Shown: positions 36,076 to 46,579, counted from the stretch's first letter. The stretch: 49,885 nucleotides of DNA from Candidatus Omnitrophota bacterium (GCA_013203315.1 JABMQJ010000005.1:1-49885), one strand, 5' to 3'. Notes: generated by a model from the letters alone, not told the origin. Numbers and translations are program-made.

Positions 36076-37209
36076 ATGGGAAATAAGCATATATTATTAG
36101 TTGACGATGATGTTGGTTTCGCGAAAATACTGGGTATAAACCTACAAGCCCATAGTTATTCGGTTACCACTGTTCATACCGGTAAAGACGCGCTTGAGAA
36201 GGCAAAATTAAAACCAGACCTCATTTTATTAGACATCGTCCTACCTGATATAACCGGTTATGAAGTTTGCCATAAGTTGCGCCAGAATAAAGCGACTAGC
36301 CGAATACCGATCGTAATACTGACAGCAAAAGGCGCGCCCCGGGAAAAGGTTGAGGCCCTTCATATCGGTGCCGATGACTACATTACAAAGCCTTTCCAGA
36401 CAGAAGAGCTTATTGCGCGCGTAGAATCCCTCTTAAGACGCAGCCACTATTTTCAAGAAGAGGTAAACGGTAAACCCGAGGTAATTAATGAAATAAAAGA
36501 GATTATTGAGAATGGCCTTATTATCCCTCATTTTCAGCCGATATTTAGTTTAAAGCCGCGGAAATTACTAGGCTTAGAAGTATTAAGCCGCCCTATGCCG
36601 AAAACATATTTTAGTAACACCGAGGTCTTGTTTAGCGCTGCTTTTCGATTAGGCATGCTTTTTGATTTAGAGATGGCCTGTCATAAAAAAGCCCTGGCCG
36701 AACTGGGTAACAAGGTAAAGAAAAATCTTGTTTTTTTCAATATAAGCCCCTACATCATTCAGGATCCAAAGTTTAGAGATATAACCTCTTTCTATAAACC
36801 TTATAGCGACCTTGAAGCAGTAGTTTTTGAATTAACCGAGCGCATAGCGATTGAGGATTTTGATGTTTTCCTGAAAAATACGAAGAATTTGAAAAAATAC
36901 GGTTTTAAAATAGCTATTGACGATATCGGAAGCGGATATGCCAGCCTTAATTCAGTAGTAGAACTTAAACCTGATTTTATAAAAATTGACATACACCTCA
37001 TTCATGACATTCACATTGATCCGGTAAGACAGAATTTACTGAAAGCGATAATGACTTTTTGCAAAGATAGCGGCATTACTGCTATTGCCGAAGGTATTGA
37101 AAAACCGGAAGAACTGGAAACGATAATTGCTTTCGGCGTGAATGCGGCACAAGGATATTTTTTGGGAAGACCTAACCCTAATATTGAAGAAATTATCCAG
37201 ACTCTTTGA
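36076..37209 (+). CDS. Response regulator with EAL c-di-GMP phosphodiesterase domain
   Basis: Receiver (LLVDDD, LLDIVLP, YITKPF), then FQPI, EVLSR, ELTE, IDDIGSGY, IKID, AEGIE, QGYFLGRP. Confidence 0.92.
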   Translation: MGNKHILLVDDDVGFAKILGINLQAHSYSVTTVHTGKDALEKAKLKPDLILLDIVLPDITGYEVCHKLRQNKATSRIPIVILTAKGAPREKVEALHIGADDYITKPFQTEELIARVESLLRRSHYFQEEVNGKPEVINEIKEIIENGLIIPHFQPIFSLKPRKLLGLEVLSRPMPKTYFSNTEVLFSAAFRLGMLFDLEMACHKKALAELGNKVKKNLVFFNISPYIIQDPKFRDITSFYKPYSDLEAVVFELTERIAIEDFDVFLKNTKNLKKYGFKIAIDDIGSGYASLNSVVELKPDFIKIDIHLIHDIHIDPVRQNLLKAIMTFCKDSGITAIAEGIEKPEELETIIAFGVNAAQGYFLGRPNPNIEEIIQTL

Positions 37210-37225
37210 ACCTGCCAAATTTAAT

Positions 37226-38170
37226 ATGAATCCAAAAATATACATGGCCCCGATGTCGGGCATAACAGATCTATCCTTTCGGCTCATAAGCCGCAAATTA
37301 GGCGCAACGCAATGTTTTTTTGAGATGCTGGACGCTAACGCCATGATGCACGACCATCCGAAAAATGCGCGCCTCCAGAAGACTCTAAAAATTGACTTAC
37401 CACTAGCTGCGCAGCTAGTGGGCGCGGAGCCTTCTACAATGCTTGATGCCGCAGAAAAGCTCACAAGCCTTAAGGATATATCTTTTCTGGACATAAATAG
37501 CGCTTGTCCCGCAAAAAAAATACTAAAAAAAGGCGCCGGCGCTGCCCTGCTTAAGGACACCGCAAGGCTCGGTAAAATAGTTAAAAATCTGGCTTCCGGG
37601 CTCAGGATACCCGTCACGGTTAAATTAAGGTCCGGTTTTGATAAGAAGGACGTTGCCGAATGCGTCAAGACCGCTAAAGTATGCGAGGCAAACGGCGCGA
37701 GAGTTGTGTTTATACACGGTAGGACTGTGTCCCAGGGGTACTCCGGGGATGTTGACTACGAATCCATAAAAGCCGTTAAAAACGCTTTAAAGATACCTGT
37801 TTTCGGAAGCGGAAATATTTTTAATCACTTAATGGCTAAAAAGATGATTGATGAGACCGGTTGCGACGGAATCCTGGTCGCCAGGGGCGGACTCGGTAAT
37901 CCCTGGATATTTAAAAACATTGAAAATTATCTGAAAAACGGCACCATCCCCCAAACCCTGAGCCTCTCCGTAAAGAAAAAAGTCCTGAAAGAGCACCTTG
38001 CATGCATAGAAAAATATAAGGAAATTACAGAAGCCAATAAGATAGGTTTCATGGGCAAGGTAACGATGTGGTATTCCAAGGGGCTTTACAACGCCAAGAG
38101 AATCCGCGAGCATATATCCAAAGTAAGGTCATACAAAGATCTGCTCAATCTAATAGACCGCGTAGTATGA
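37226..38170 (+). CDS. dusB: tRNA-dihydrouridine synthase (DusB-like)
   Basis: Likely start MNPKIYMAPMSGITD at 37226; DINSACP, GAGAALL, VTVKLR, HGRT, GCDGILVARG.LGNPWIF. Confidence 0.88.
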   Translation: MNPKIYMAPMSGITDLSFRLISRKLGATQCFFEMLDANAMMHDHPKNARLQKTLKIDLPLAAQLVGAEPSTMLDAAEKLTSLKDISFLDINSACPAKKILKKGAGAALLKDTARLGKIVKNLASGLRIPVTVKLRSGFDKKDVAECVKTAKVCEANGARVVFIHGRTVSQGYSGDVDYESIKAVKNALKIPVFGSGNIFNHLMAKKMIDETGCDGILVARGGLGNPWIFKNIENYLKNGTIPQTLSLSVKKKVLKEHLACIEKYKEITEANKIGFMGKVTMWYSKGLYNAKRIREHISKVRSYKDLLNLIDRVV

Positions 38171-38182
38171 AAATAGGGACAC

Positions 38183-38222
38183 AAAAAAGGACGGTTCTAT
38201 TTATTTAGAACCGTCCTTTTTT
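38183..38222. terminator. Bidirectional terminator hairpin
   Basis: AAAAAAGGACGGTTCTA-loop-TAGAACCGTCCTTTTTT between convergent genes. Confidence 0.8.
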
Positions 38223-38591
38223 TTATTTAGATTCGCCTTTTATTTCGGATGACTTACTGCTATCAAACGGATGGTAAAGCGGCTCTACCAACGGCTGATC
38301 ATAAGGCGGGATGAAAAAGAACACTGTGTCAACAGCGCCCGCGCTCGTTCTTCCTATCGCGTGTATAAAGCCCTTAAGAGTGCCCACTATCGCTGTTTCG
38401 GCTACGTTTTTGGTATCGTCATAAGTCGCGATTATCTGCTTTGGTATCTCCACCCAGCCTGTCAATAAGTTGACTAATCCGTTACCCAGCTTATTGAAGC
38501 ATTCTCCGCATTTTTCGCCGGCAAAACTGGTCGGGCTCATGAGCAACATTAACAAGCTAACCGCTACTAAAGCTATTCCAAATTTTGACAT
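38223..38591 (-). CDS. Exosortase-system-associated protein, TIGR04073-like
   Basis: Signal peptide; KLGNGLVNLLTGWVEIPKQI...G.LKG....IGR..AG..D...F.IP. Confidence 0.8.
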   Translation of the reverse strand: MSKFGIALVAVSLLMLLMSPTSFAGEKCGECFNKLGNGLVNLLTGWVEIPKQIIATYDDTKNVAETAIVGTLKGFIHAIGRTSAGAVDTVFFFIPPYDQPLVEPLYHPFDSSKSSEIKGESK

Positions 38592-38619
38592 TCTGCACCT
38601 CCTTTTTTTTTACCTCTTA

Positions 38620-38648
38620 AGTATACAGTATAGAATGTGATAGGTCAA
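38620..38648 (-). promoter_or_regulatory. sigma70-type promoter
   Basis: Minus strand TTGACC-17 nt-TATACT. Confidence 0.6.
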
Positions 38649-38676
38649 GTTACCGGGCAAAAATAAGGTAAAAAAT

Positions 38677-38710
38677 AAAAATAGGCAGGATTACGATCCT
38701 GCCTATTTTT
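38677..38710. terminator. Rho-independent terminator
   Basis: AAAAATAGGCAGGAT-TACG-ATCCTGCCTATTTT downstream of the beta-barrel gene. Confidence 0.8.
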
Positions 38711-38730
38711 CAATACGTAAAACGCGCTCC

Positions 38731-39561
38731 TCAGAACTTAACTGTTGCGCCTGTGGTAACGGCCGTTTCTCCGATAAATCTACCTTCTATGTTGATGGTA
38801 GCGTATTTGGTAATATCGATATCCATACCCAGCAAGAGACCGAATGCCAATGCGTCAAAAGCGCCCACTATGTCATGTGACACTTCTGCTTTATTTCTTG
38901 TGTATGTTATGGAGTCCGCCGTGCCTGTAGTTATCCATGACTGGTACACGCCGATATAAGGAACTAAAGAGGTCTTTAGTTTTTCGATGTCATATTTGCA
39001 GGTTATAAATACGCTATTTTCGCCGTCAAAAGTGTAGAGCGTTCCGTCCTCATTTGTCAGGGTTGAATTGTCTCTTGTTATGTTTTTGACGTCGTTTAAA
39101 GCTGCGTTTGCCTGCGTATTAAATCCGTATCCTATGTCAAGCATGCCCATATTTCCCACAGAAACCTCACCCCAAGGGTATTGGGCGCCTAAGGCTATCC
39201 CTGCATAGATACCACTTTTTACGTCAATAGATATTTTTTCGTCCGAATCCTTGTCTCTAAATTGCATGTCATAAGTAGACGAACCTACTCTGACGGTCAA
39301 ATTCATGTTCTCATTAAGGCCTATCGGGACTTGCCCATAAACCTGGCTGATTGCGTCAATATGTATATTCTTTTCATCGTTGCCGTAATTATATAAATCG
39401 AGCAATCTTGCACCTACATAATTATAGCCGAATGCTGCGCCGAGCGCATAACGATCCGTGGTGGTTTTTAAAGGCTCTATACAGTTACCTGATCCACCCG
39501 CAAAAACACTTGCGTATCCCAAAAACAAAACTGCCAACGCCAAACTAACTACTTTTCGCAT
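38731..39561 (-). CDS. Probable outer-membrane beta-barrel protein
   Basis: Likely start MRKVVSL at 39561 (AAAGGGGG SD), signal peptide, amphipathic strands, VPYIG, C-terminal ATVKF. Confidence 0.7.
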   Translation of the reverse strand: MRKVVSLALAVLFLGYASVFAGGSGNCIEPLKTTTDRYALGAAFGYNYVGARLLDLYNYGNDEKNIHIDAISQVYGQVPIGLNENMNLTVRVGSSTYDMQFRDKDSDEKISIDVKSGIYAGIALGAQYPWGEVSVGNMGMLDIGYGFNTQANAALNDVKNITRDNSTLTNEDGTLYTFDGENSVFITCKYDIEKLKTSLVPYIGVYQSWITTGTADSITYTRNKAEVSHDIVGAFDALAFGLLLGMDIDITKYATINIEGRFIGETAVTTGATVKF

Positions 39562-39674
39562 ACACAATCCCCCTTTCATCCACAAAGACCCTAAAACTTT
39601 ATATACATTACGATAATGATATTGACTTTTAGTATACACGCTCCTTTTAAAATGTCAAGTCAATCGCGCGTTTT

Positions 39675-40895
39675 TTACTTACTCATTTCACCCGATTCTT
39701 TTAGCGCTTTTTTGACAAAAATAGGGCCGATGAGTTCGTTAATGATAGTGGCGCCCACGATGGTATTCACGATAAAAGTCGATATCTTGCTGAACGCCGG
39801 GTCCTGCTGCATAATCAAGGCAAGGCCTATAACGATTCCGCCGAACGGTATAAGGGCGCTTGCGGTATATTTTTTTATTTTGGGGGAAGATTTCGCAGCG
39901 GCTGCGCCGAGCGCCGTACCGGTGAATTTTCCCGCTATCCTGAATACGATGAAGAAAACCAATAAGATTACCGCAACCCATGCCCCGCTAAAACTTAAAT
40001 GCATGCCGCTTAAGGTAAAAAATACCAAAAAGATGAGCTCCTCGGAATACCTCTCTAGCATGGCAAAAATGTCTTTGGAATGCGGGTTAAAATTCGCGAC
40101 AACTATGGCCATTATCATGATCGAAAGAATCTCTTCGGCGTGGACAAGGGTCGCAAGACCCCAGCAAAGCGTAAGAAAACTAAGTATCAAGACAAATAAT
40201 GTACCCTGCGTTTTTTCCTTTAACCTCTTTGTAATAAGGTTAAAGGCAGTTCCCATTACAGCACCCAGAACAACTGATCCCGCGATAATCAAAAAAGGCG
40301 CAAGCAAGGCATTATATGCGTTGAAAGACGCATGCGTTATCATTGCCCTTGCAATGACCATGGCAACGCTGAAGTTTATTATGCCGAGCACGTCATCAAA
40401 CGCGGCGACGGTTAACATCGTTGAGGTAACTTCACCTTTTGTGTTGTATTCGTGGCTGACCGCCAGGGCAACCGAGGGGTCTGTCGGGGACCCCAGACAC
40501 CCCAATATCAAGCTTATAGGTATAAATGTCGCCAGCCAAGTGGCGCCGGGTGTATGCACGACAAAAGGAAGGACAATAAGAAACCCACCCACAATGAAAA
40601 GAAAAGTGGTTTCGGCCTCAAGTAGCGTGATATAAGCAATGCCTTTGCCTAGCTTCTTTACCTCGGAAAACACTATTGTGCCCCCTACGGCAAATGCGAT
40701 GAAGGCAATCGCGATATTCTCGATTATATCAGTCTGCGAGGCGATGTTTTTCGGAACAAAGCGACAGATGTTCGGATTCAGCAAAACCCCTGCCAGGATG
40801 TACCCTACTATCTTGGGAAATTTCAGCCTTTTGAATTCCTGCCCCAGAACAAAGCCCACAAAAAGCACAATACCTACAATTAAAATACCACTCAT
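39675..40895 (-). CDS. Cation:proton antiporter (CPA family)
   Basis: About 12 TMs; FPKIVGYILAGVLL, PTDP, AAFDDV, FFTLSG, RIAGK, NELIGP. Confidence 0.85.
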   Translation of the reverse strand: MSGILIVGIVLFVGFVLGQEFKRLKFPKIVGYILAGVLLNPNICRFVPKNIASQTDIIENIAIAFIAFAVGGTIVFSEVKKLGKGIAYITLLEAETTFLFIVGGFLIVLPFVVHTPGATWLATFIPISLILGCLGSPTDPSVALAVSHEYNTKGEVTSTMLTVAAFDDVLGIINFSVAMVIARAMITHASFNAYNALLAPFLIIAGSVVLGAVMGTAFNLITKRLKEKTQGTLFVLILSFLTLCWGLATLVHAEEILSIMIMAIVVANFNPHSKDIFAMLERYSEELIFLVFFTLSGMHLSFSGAWVAVILLVFFIVFRIAGKFTGTALGAAAAKSSPKIKKYTASALIPFGGIVIGLALIMQQDPAFSKISTFIVNTIVGATIINELIGPIFVKKALKESGEMSK

Positions 40896-40905
40896 TTTAT
40901 ACTCC

Positions 40906-41877
40906 TTATCTTATGGACTCCGGAGATTCTAAATTCTGATAAATATCACACAAGACACCGGCTGCAATTCGAGGTTTTGATATCATGAGCTTTCTTGCTG
41001 ATACCGTTAGTTTGGTCTCTTTATCATTTTGCCTTACTATTTTTATCGTAACGTTAGCGCCGGGTACTCTTAACCTTATCACCCCAAGAGCCTTATCTCC
41101 ATATATATCTCCCCCCATCTCTTTAGCTGACTCCATGCAAGCATCGTATGCACCGTCATAAGTTTCCTCAATGGTCACCTTATAGCTATCTTTCCCGGAG
41201 AGAACAATCGCCGCGATTCCAACAGGAATTATGACAGGGCCCGCCACCACACCGCCTGCGACTGCGGCAAGCCCGACTACCGCCATACCTTTTATCGCGG
41301 TTTTGCTTAAAGACTCCATTAAAATTTTGCCGAATACGTCATCGACGCTCGGTATGGATTCAAAGCTTTGTGCCCTGATATTCACGCTATACGCTTCTGT
41401 CCGGGGCTTTCCGCCTTTCGAGTAATCTTTATAAACAACCTCATCAACGGTTAGAATCAATTTGTCGAACTCTATCGGCATTATATCTAAATTATCTAAA
41501 GAAATTTTTAGCGTACTCACGTTCATCCTGCCGTTTTTATCTTTTACGACGTTTAGCATCCTCATACTTACTTCAAGCTCTTTCATGTGTATCTTTTTGT
41601 TTTCAATCAAATTTTTTACATCATACCAAACGACTATTTCAGGCAAATATGCAACCGCGTGATCCCGGTTAAATCCTTCCGGGTTATATACGACACAATC
41701 CTTCATGTGTAAAACATGGTTTTTGGTATCTAAAGAAATCTTGCCCATCGTTACGCGGGTTCCGAGCTCATGGCCCAAGACAAGTTCAAGTAAGTGCTTT
41801 GACAGGTGGGTTAATGTGACTATCAGGCAGATTATTATTATGGCTATTATTGCGACGGATAGTAATACTTTTTTCAT
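40906..41877 (-). CDS. AsmA-like N-terminal region fused to a DUF3568-like C-terminal domain
   Basis: N-terminal TM, VYNPEGF, VVKDKNGRMNV (AsmA-like); C-terminal VTIKIVRQNDKETKLTVSAR. Confidence 0.55.
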   Translation of the reverse strand: MKKVLLSVAIIAIIIICLIVTLTHLSKHLLELVLGHELGTRVTMGKISLDTKNHVLHMKDCVVYNPEGFNRDHAVAYLPEIVVWYDVKNLIENKKIHMKELEVSMRMLNVVKDKNGRMNVSTLKISLDNLDIMPIEFDKLILTVDEVVYKDYSKGGKPRTEAYSVNIRAQSFESIPSVDDVFGKILMESLSKTAIKGMAVVGLAAVAGGVVAGPVIIPVGIAAIVLSGKDSYKVTIEETYDGAYDACMESAKEMGGDIYGDKALGVIRLRVPGANVTIKIVRQNDKETKLTVSARKLMISKPRIAAGVLCDIYQNLESPESIR

Positions 41878-41885
41878 GCAGTAAA

Positions 41886-42221
41886 TTATTTCTCGTATTT
41901 TACGTCACTGACAAGCCCGTCAATAAAGGTAATTGTTATTTGATCCTCGCCATAATCGAAGGGCCTGTATATCCAAATTTCTTTTTTTTCTTCCTTTTTA
42001 CTTTCTTTTAAAGGAATTTTTTTTCTGAAAACGGGGTAGCCGAACATGAGCTCTATAGAATGCTTGTCTTTTCCCGTCAAATCCGGTTTTTCGTTTATAG
42101 CTTTTGCGATACTTGCCTGCTTCTCGAAATCAGATTCAAGCGCACGTAAGCTGGTTATGGAATATGCGCAAAAAAATATAAGAAGGCAGAAAAATATTAT
42201 TTTTTTCATTTTTTTCCTCAT
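41886..42221 (-). CDS. Small exported protein, SmpA/BamE-like fold
   Basis: Signal peptide; G.DK..I...FG.P...WIYR...ITITF.DG.V. Confidence 0.55.
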   Translation of the reverse strand: MRKKMKKIIFFCLLIFFCAYSITSLRALESDFEKQASIAKAINEKPDLTGKDKHSIELMFGYPVFRKKIPLKESKKEEKKEIWIYRPFDYGEDQITITFIDGLVSDVKYEK

Positions 42222-42245
42222 ACCCTCCTTATACCCTCCTTTTTA

Positions 42246-43016
42246 TCACGGTACAAACTCTACCTGATAAAGATCTTCTTTGCTGCCGGTCATCCAGAAG
42301 CTTTTCCCGTCCCAGGCAATACCCGTAACCTTTTCTATGCGGGAACGGAAATAACCTTTGATCTCAAATGTTTTAATGTCTATTCTATACACGCGCCTGT
42401 CGAACCAGCTCGAAATCCAGAGATCCTTTCCGTCCCATGTTATTTGTGACGGTTCCGGAATTCTTTTTATTCTAACTTTATTAAGCACGTTTCCGGATTT
42501 ATCCGCTACAAGAATGTGGTACCGTGTCCCTCGTGCGCCCCTTGTCCATGTAAGAATATAAAGATTGGTTCCGTTCCAGGCAATACCCGTAGGATGCGAA
42601 GGCGCCAGGGATAATTCGGACTCAGTTACCAATTTGCTTCCTTCTCTCCTTACAAGGTAAACCTTTTTCGTGTCCCAGTCCGAGGCCCAATACTTGCCGT
42701 CCGGCGCGGAAGTTATGCCTTCGGAAAAAGTCGCTACGGACTCGATTTCTGATATTACTTTTCCTGAATTTGAATTTATGACCCAGGTCTTGCCGCCTTC
42801 ACCGTTTACCACCCAGACATTATCTCCCTCTACAAGGAGGCCTTCATGATATCCTTTCGGAAGCCCTATTTTGTGTATTATTTTTATGGGGATCATGGCA
42901 CGGTGGTCTTTTGCCCTTTTGAAGGCTCTGCCTGTTTGGATGGATTCTTCGGAGAAAACAAAAGTATTAAAAGCAGTCGCCAAACCTATGATTGCGATTA
43001 TTATATATTTTTTCAA
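42246..43016 (-). CDS. Exported beta-propeller protein (glutaminyl cyclase/YncE-like)
   Basis: TTG start, signal peptide, repeated (T/E)GI(A/T)WDG blades. Confidence 0.7.
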   Translation of the reverse strand: MKKYIIIAIIGLATAFNTFVFSEESIQTGRAFKRAKDHRAMIPIKIIHKIGLPKGYHEGLLVEGDNVWVVNGEGGKTWVINSNSGKVISEIESVATFSEGITSAPDGKYWASDWDTKKVYLVRREGSKLVTESELSLAPSHPTGIAWNGTNLYILTWTRGARGTRYHILVADKSGNVLNKVRIKRIPEPSQITWDGKDLWISSWFDRRVYRIDIKTFEIKGYFRSRIEKVTGIAWDGKSFWMTGSKEDLYQVEFVP

Positions 43017-43054
43017 TTCTTATCTTTCTTTCGGCCAAGCCTCTCCTATTACTA

Positions 43055-43357
43055 TCATCTGCGACTTCGACGATACCATTGTTCGTGGCCGCCGCGATAA
43101 TCACGATCTCCCCTCTCGCATTCGGCCCGGCTTCTTTCCTTCGCCCCCATCAAATCTTCGGGATCAGGGTTATACGGGGCTCCTTCAATTCCGTCCTGAG
43201 TAGCGTATTGTTCCCGCCCCTCAACCTCCTCCAGGAGGCCCGGATGGAATGCGTTAGGGTCATCCGGTTCGTCGGCCCGGACAAGGTAAGGACTTGCACA
43301 CAATAAAACTAAGGTTAAACATACTGCTATTGGTTTTACATACTTTATAGAATTCAT
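43055..43357 (-). CDS. Small exported hypothetical protein
   Basis: Likely start MNSIKYVK at 43357 (GGAGGT SD), signal peptide VRA-D. Confidence 0.6.
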   Translation of the reverse strand: MNSIKYVKPIAVCLTLVLLCASPYLVRADEPDDPNAFHPGLLEEVEGREQYATQDGIEGAPYNPDPEDLMGAKERSRAECERGDRDYRGGHEQWYRRSRR

Positions 43358-43415
43358 TATTACCTCCGTGTATAAAGTATACACGCATCTTCGTGCAAAA
43401 TCAATTGCTATCAAG

Positions 43416-44360
43416 TTATGCTTGTGGCGGGGGTGTTGTAGGTTGGGCGAGTGAAGCAAAGTCGGCCGAAGTGCCGAGGTTCATTACTTTGAGGGACTTA
43501 TCGATTCTTCGCATAAGGCCTTTGAGAACTATTCCCGGACCTATCTCAAGATACGTCTTTATGCCCTGCGAAGCAACGTATTTAATTGAGGCTTCCAGGA
43601 GGGTTTTTGTATTTACTTGTGTTATGAGGTTTTGCTTTATTTTTTCGGGGTCCTGGGTAGGTTTTGCGGTAACGTTACTTATAATCGGGTATTTCGGGGG
43701 GTTAAAGGTAATTTCATTTATTTCTTTTTCGAGTTTATCTTTTGCCGGATCCATAAGCGATGAATGAAAAGCTCCGGCAACATCAAGCAAGATCGCTCTT
43801 TTGGCGCCTTTTTCCTTCGCCATGCTTGTGGTAAGTTCAACGCTTGAGCTTGTCCCTGAAATTACCACCTGGCCCGGGCAGTTAAGATTAGCAATTTCAC
43901 AGCCAAATCCTTTGCATAGTTTCTCAAGCTCGGCAGGGTCCATACCTATAATAGAGGCCATCTTGCCCGGGTTTTTGTCGCAAGCCTTTTGCATAAACTG
44001 GCCGCGCTTCCTGACAAGCTTTACCCCATCCTCGAATGTTAAAGAGCCTGAGGCTATAAGCGCCGTATACTCGCCAAGGCTTAAACCAAGGGCAAAACTC
44101 GGGTTAAATTGCTCGGGGGCTATTTTTCCAAGGATTCGTAGCGCCGCGATACTATGAACCAGGATCGCAACCTGTGAATTTGATGTGTTGGTAAGATCTT
44201 CCTGCGGGCCCTCAAAACAGAGTTTGGTTAGATCGAACTTTAAAATTTCATTCGCTTTGTCGAAAACCTCTTTTGCTTCCGGGTATGCGTCGTAAAGGTC
44301 CTTCCCCATTCCTATAGTCTGCGCACCTTGTCCCGGAAATATATACGCTATTTGCTCCAC
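43416..44360 (-). CDS. fabD: Malonyl-CoA:ACP transacylase
   Basis: FPGQGAQ, GLSLGEY, R.RG..MQ, ANLNCPGQVV, AFHS. Confidence 0.95.
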   Translation of the reverse strand: MEQIAYIFPGQGAQTIGMGKDLYDAYPEAKEVFDKANEILKFDLTKLCFEGPQEDLTNTSNSQVAILVHSIAALRILGKIAPEQFNPSFALGLSLGEYTALIASGSLTFEDGVKLVRKRGQFMQKACDKNPGKMASIIGMDPAELEKLCKGFGCEIANLNCPGQVVISGTSSSVELTTSMAKEKGAKRAILLDVAGAFHSSLMDPAKDKLEKEINEITFNPPKYPIISNVTAKPTQDPEKIKQNLITQVNTKTLLEASIKYVASQGIKTYLEIGPGIVLKGLMRRIDKSLKVMNLGTSADFASLAQPTTPPPQA

Positions 44361-44369
44361 GTTGCTCCT

Positions 44370-45356
44370 TTACCATTTAATGACGATTGCGCCCCAGGTA
44401 AGCCCTGCGCCGAAGGCGTCCAAAAGAATCGTGTCGCCTTTTTTAACCCGGCCTTCCTCTACGGCCTCGCAGAGCGCCACAGCGCTTGAAGCGGCTGACA
44501 TGTTTCCGTATTTTTCGATATTCAGATATACTTTTTTCGCGGGGTCTATGCCCATGCGCTTTGCTACGGCATTTAGAATTCTTATATTCGCCTGGTGCGG
44601 AATAATAAGACTTATATCGTCTGCTTTCAAGCCAAGCGGCTCTGTCGCTTTTAAAGCGGCTTCTGCCATGATTTTAACAGCGTGCCTGAATAATTCGTTT
44701 CCCTGCATTTTTAGAAAATGCATTCTCGCCTCAACTGTTGATATAGATGCCGGCAATCTTGATCCGCCTGCCGGCATTTTCAGTAAATCGCCTTTTGAGC
44801 CGTCAGCGCCTAAGTGAATAGAAAGAATTCCGCCGTCTTTAACTTCTCCCAGGATGGCCGCGCCCGCGCCATCTCCCATGAGAACGCAGGTCGAGCGGTC
44901 CTTCCAGTCGGTTACGCTTGACATTTTTTCCGCAGCCATTACTAAAACGTGTTTATATATTCCTGATTTTATGAATTGACTCGCTATCGCGATAGCGTAT
45001 ATGAATCCTGAACACGCTACGCTTACATCGAAAGCGGGAGTGCGATTGATACCAAGTTTATTTTGGACAATGCATGCGGTGGATGGAAAAAACATATCGG
45101 GCGTTATGGTAGCTACGATAATAAGATCTATATCCTCGGGTTTTAATTTCGCGCTCTTAAGCGCCATCTTCGCGGCGTGCACCGCCATGTCACTAGTCGC
45201 CTCATCGTCCCTGGCGATCCTTCTTTCTTTTATACCGGTCCTGCCCATTATCCAATCGTCGGTGGTATCGACGATTTTCTCCAGATCCTTATTGGTAAGA
45301 CGGTTTTCCGGTAGATATTTTCCTAAACCTATAATGCCTACTTTTTTTTCATCCAT
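44370..45356 (-). CDS. fabH: 3-oxoacyl-ACP synthase III
   Basis: RTGIKERR, VACSGF, GDGAGA, PHQAN, YGNMS, FGAGLTWG. Confidence 0.96.
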   Translation of the reverse strand: MDEKKVGIIGLGKYLPENRLTNKDLEKIVDTTDDWIMGRTGIKERRIARDDEATSDMAVHAAKMALKSAKLKPEDIDLIIVATITPDMFFPSTACIVQNKLGINRTPAFDVSVACSGFIYAIAIASQFIKSGIYKHVLVMAAEKMSSVTDWKDRSTCVLMGDGAGAAILGEVKDGGILSIHLGADGSKGDLLKMPAGGSRLPASISTVEARMHFLKMQGNELFRHAVKIMAEAALKATEPLGLKADDISLIIPHQANIRILNAVAKRMGIDPAKKVYLNIEKYGNMSAASSAVALCEAVEEGRVKKGDTILLDAFGAGLTWGAIVIKW

Positions 45357-46347
45357 TTAAATCCTCTAATCCCTCCAATATGTGTTTGTTTAATTTATGT
45401 TTTACGTATTCGATAGTGACGCGGACGGCATTTTTTATCGTTTTGGCATTTGAGGAGCCGTGACTGATCAAAACCCTACCGTCAACACCAAGAAGCGGCG
45501 CTCCGCCGTACTCGGTATAGTCGGTCTTCCTTTTAATAGCCCTATAGGCAGGCAAACTTAAAATGGCCCCTATTTTCGGAAGGAGCCTTTTCGTAATTTC
45601 TCTTTTAAGAAGCTCGCTCGAAGCCTCGGCGAAACTTTCGGTAACCTTTATTAGTATATTTCCCACAAACCCCTCACATACAACGACATTCACCTTCCCC
45701 TTATAGACGTCTCTTGCCTCTACATTGCCTACGAAATTTAACTTGCTTTTTTCTAAAAGCACGCGCGCCTCTTTGATAAGTTCGGTGCCCTTGGATTCTT
45801 CCTGGCCTATATTGAGTAGCCCCACGCTTGGATTATACGCCCCTAAGATATACTTAAAATATGCGGCTCCCATAATTCCGTAATGCAAGAGGTGAGCGGG
45901 CTTTGCATCGATATTGGCGCCCACATCTATTATCATGCAGGGCTTGTTTAGTGACGGAAGCACCACGCCTATCCCGGGCCGCTCGATACCCGGCAGGGTT
46001 CGGAGCTTAAGCGCTGCCGCGCACACTACCGCACCCGTATTACCCGCGCTAATAAAGGCGTCGACTTTTTTATCTTTCAAAAGCTCAATACCGACTGAGA
46101 TAGAAGAATCTTTTTTACGCCTCACGCTGACAGCGGCGGGATCGTCCATCTTGATTATCTCGGAGGCATCTTTTACTGAAATCCTATCTTTTACATAATC
46201 GTTCCTTTTTAAAAATTTATTAATGTGGCGTTCCTTGCCCACAAGAACGATGTGGCATTTATATTCTCGCGTGGCGCGCGCCGCGCCCTCGATTATAGCG
46301 CGCGGGGCCCTGTCGCCTCCCATCGCGTCTAATGCTATTTTAATCAT
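45349..46347 (-). CDS. plsX: Phosphate acyltransferase
   Basis: DAMGGD, SAGNTGA, DVGAN, LLNIG.E..KG, GGAPLLGV, HGSS. Confidence 0.96.
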   Translation of the reverse strand: MIKIALDAMGGDRAPRAIIEGAARATREYKCHIVLVGKERHINKFLKRNDYVKDRISVKDASEIIKMDDPAAVSVRRKKDSSISVGIELLKDKKVDAFISAGNTGAVVCAAALKLRTLPGIERPGIGVVLPSLNKPCMIIDVGANIDAKPAHLLHYGIMGAAYFKYILGAYNPSVGLLNIGQEESKGTELIKEARVLLEKSKLNFVGNVEARDVYKGKVNVVVCEGFVGNILIKVTESFAEASSELLKREITKRLLPKIGAILSLPAYRAIKRKTDYTEYGGAPLLGVDGRVLISHGSSNAKTIKNAVRVTIEYVKHKLNKHILEGLEDLNG

Positions 46348-46348
46348 T

Positions 46349-46573
46349 TTACTTACCCGTCTTTTTCTTTTCTCTTTGCTTTTTCTTCTCTTCCTTGCTG
46401 ATTATTATAACCTGAGCCTTGCCCTTATAATACCCGCAAAAGGGACATATTCTGTGTGGGAGCTTCGGTTTACCGCACTGCGTGCACTTTGACAAACTTT
46501 TAGTCTTAAGCTTGTAGTGCGTCCTTCTAAGCCTGCCTCGTTGTTTTGAGTGTCTGCGTTTTGGATTTGGCAT
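46349..46573 (-). CDS. rpmF: 50S ribosomal protein L32
   Basis: PKRRHSK, CxxC..K.PHRICxxCGYY. Confidence 0.95.
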   Translation of the reverse strand: MPNPKRRHSKQRGRLRRTHYKLKTKSLSKCTQCGKPKLPHRICPFCGYYKGKAQVIIISKEEKKKQREKKKTGK

Positions 46574-46579
46574 TCCGTA

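Noticed and set aside
33719-38170. Functional link between the YhiN-family flavoprotein and dusB (both families tied to dihydrouridine)
   Set aside because: They are on opposite strands in separate transcription units; proximity alone is not evidence.
34467-40635. Long antisense ORFs (34467..35357, 37036..37668, 39616..40635)
   Set aside because: They overlap well-supported genes on the other strand and have no motifs.
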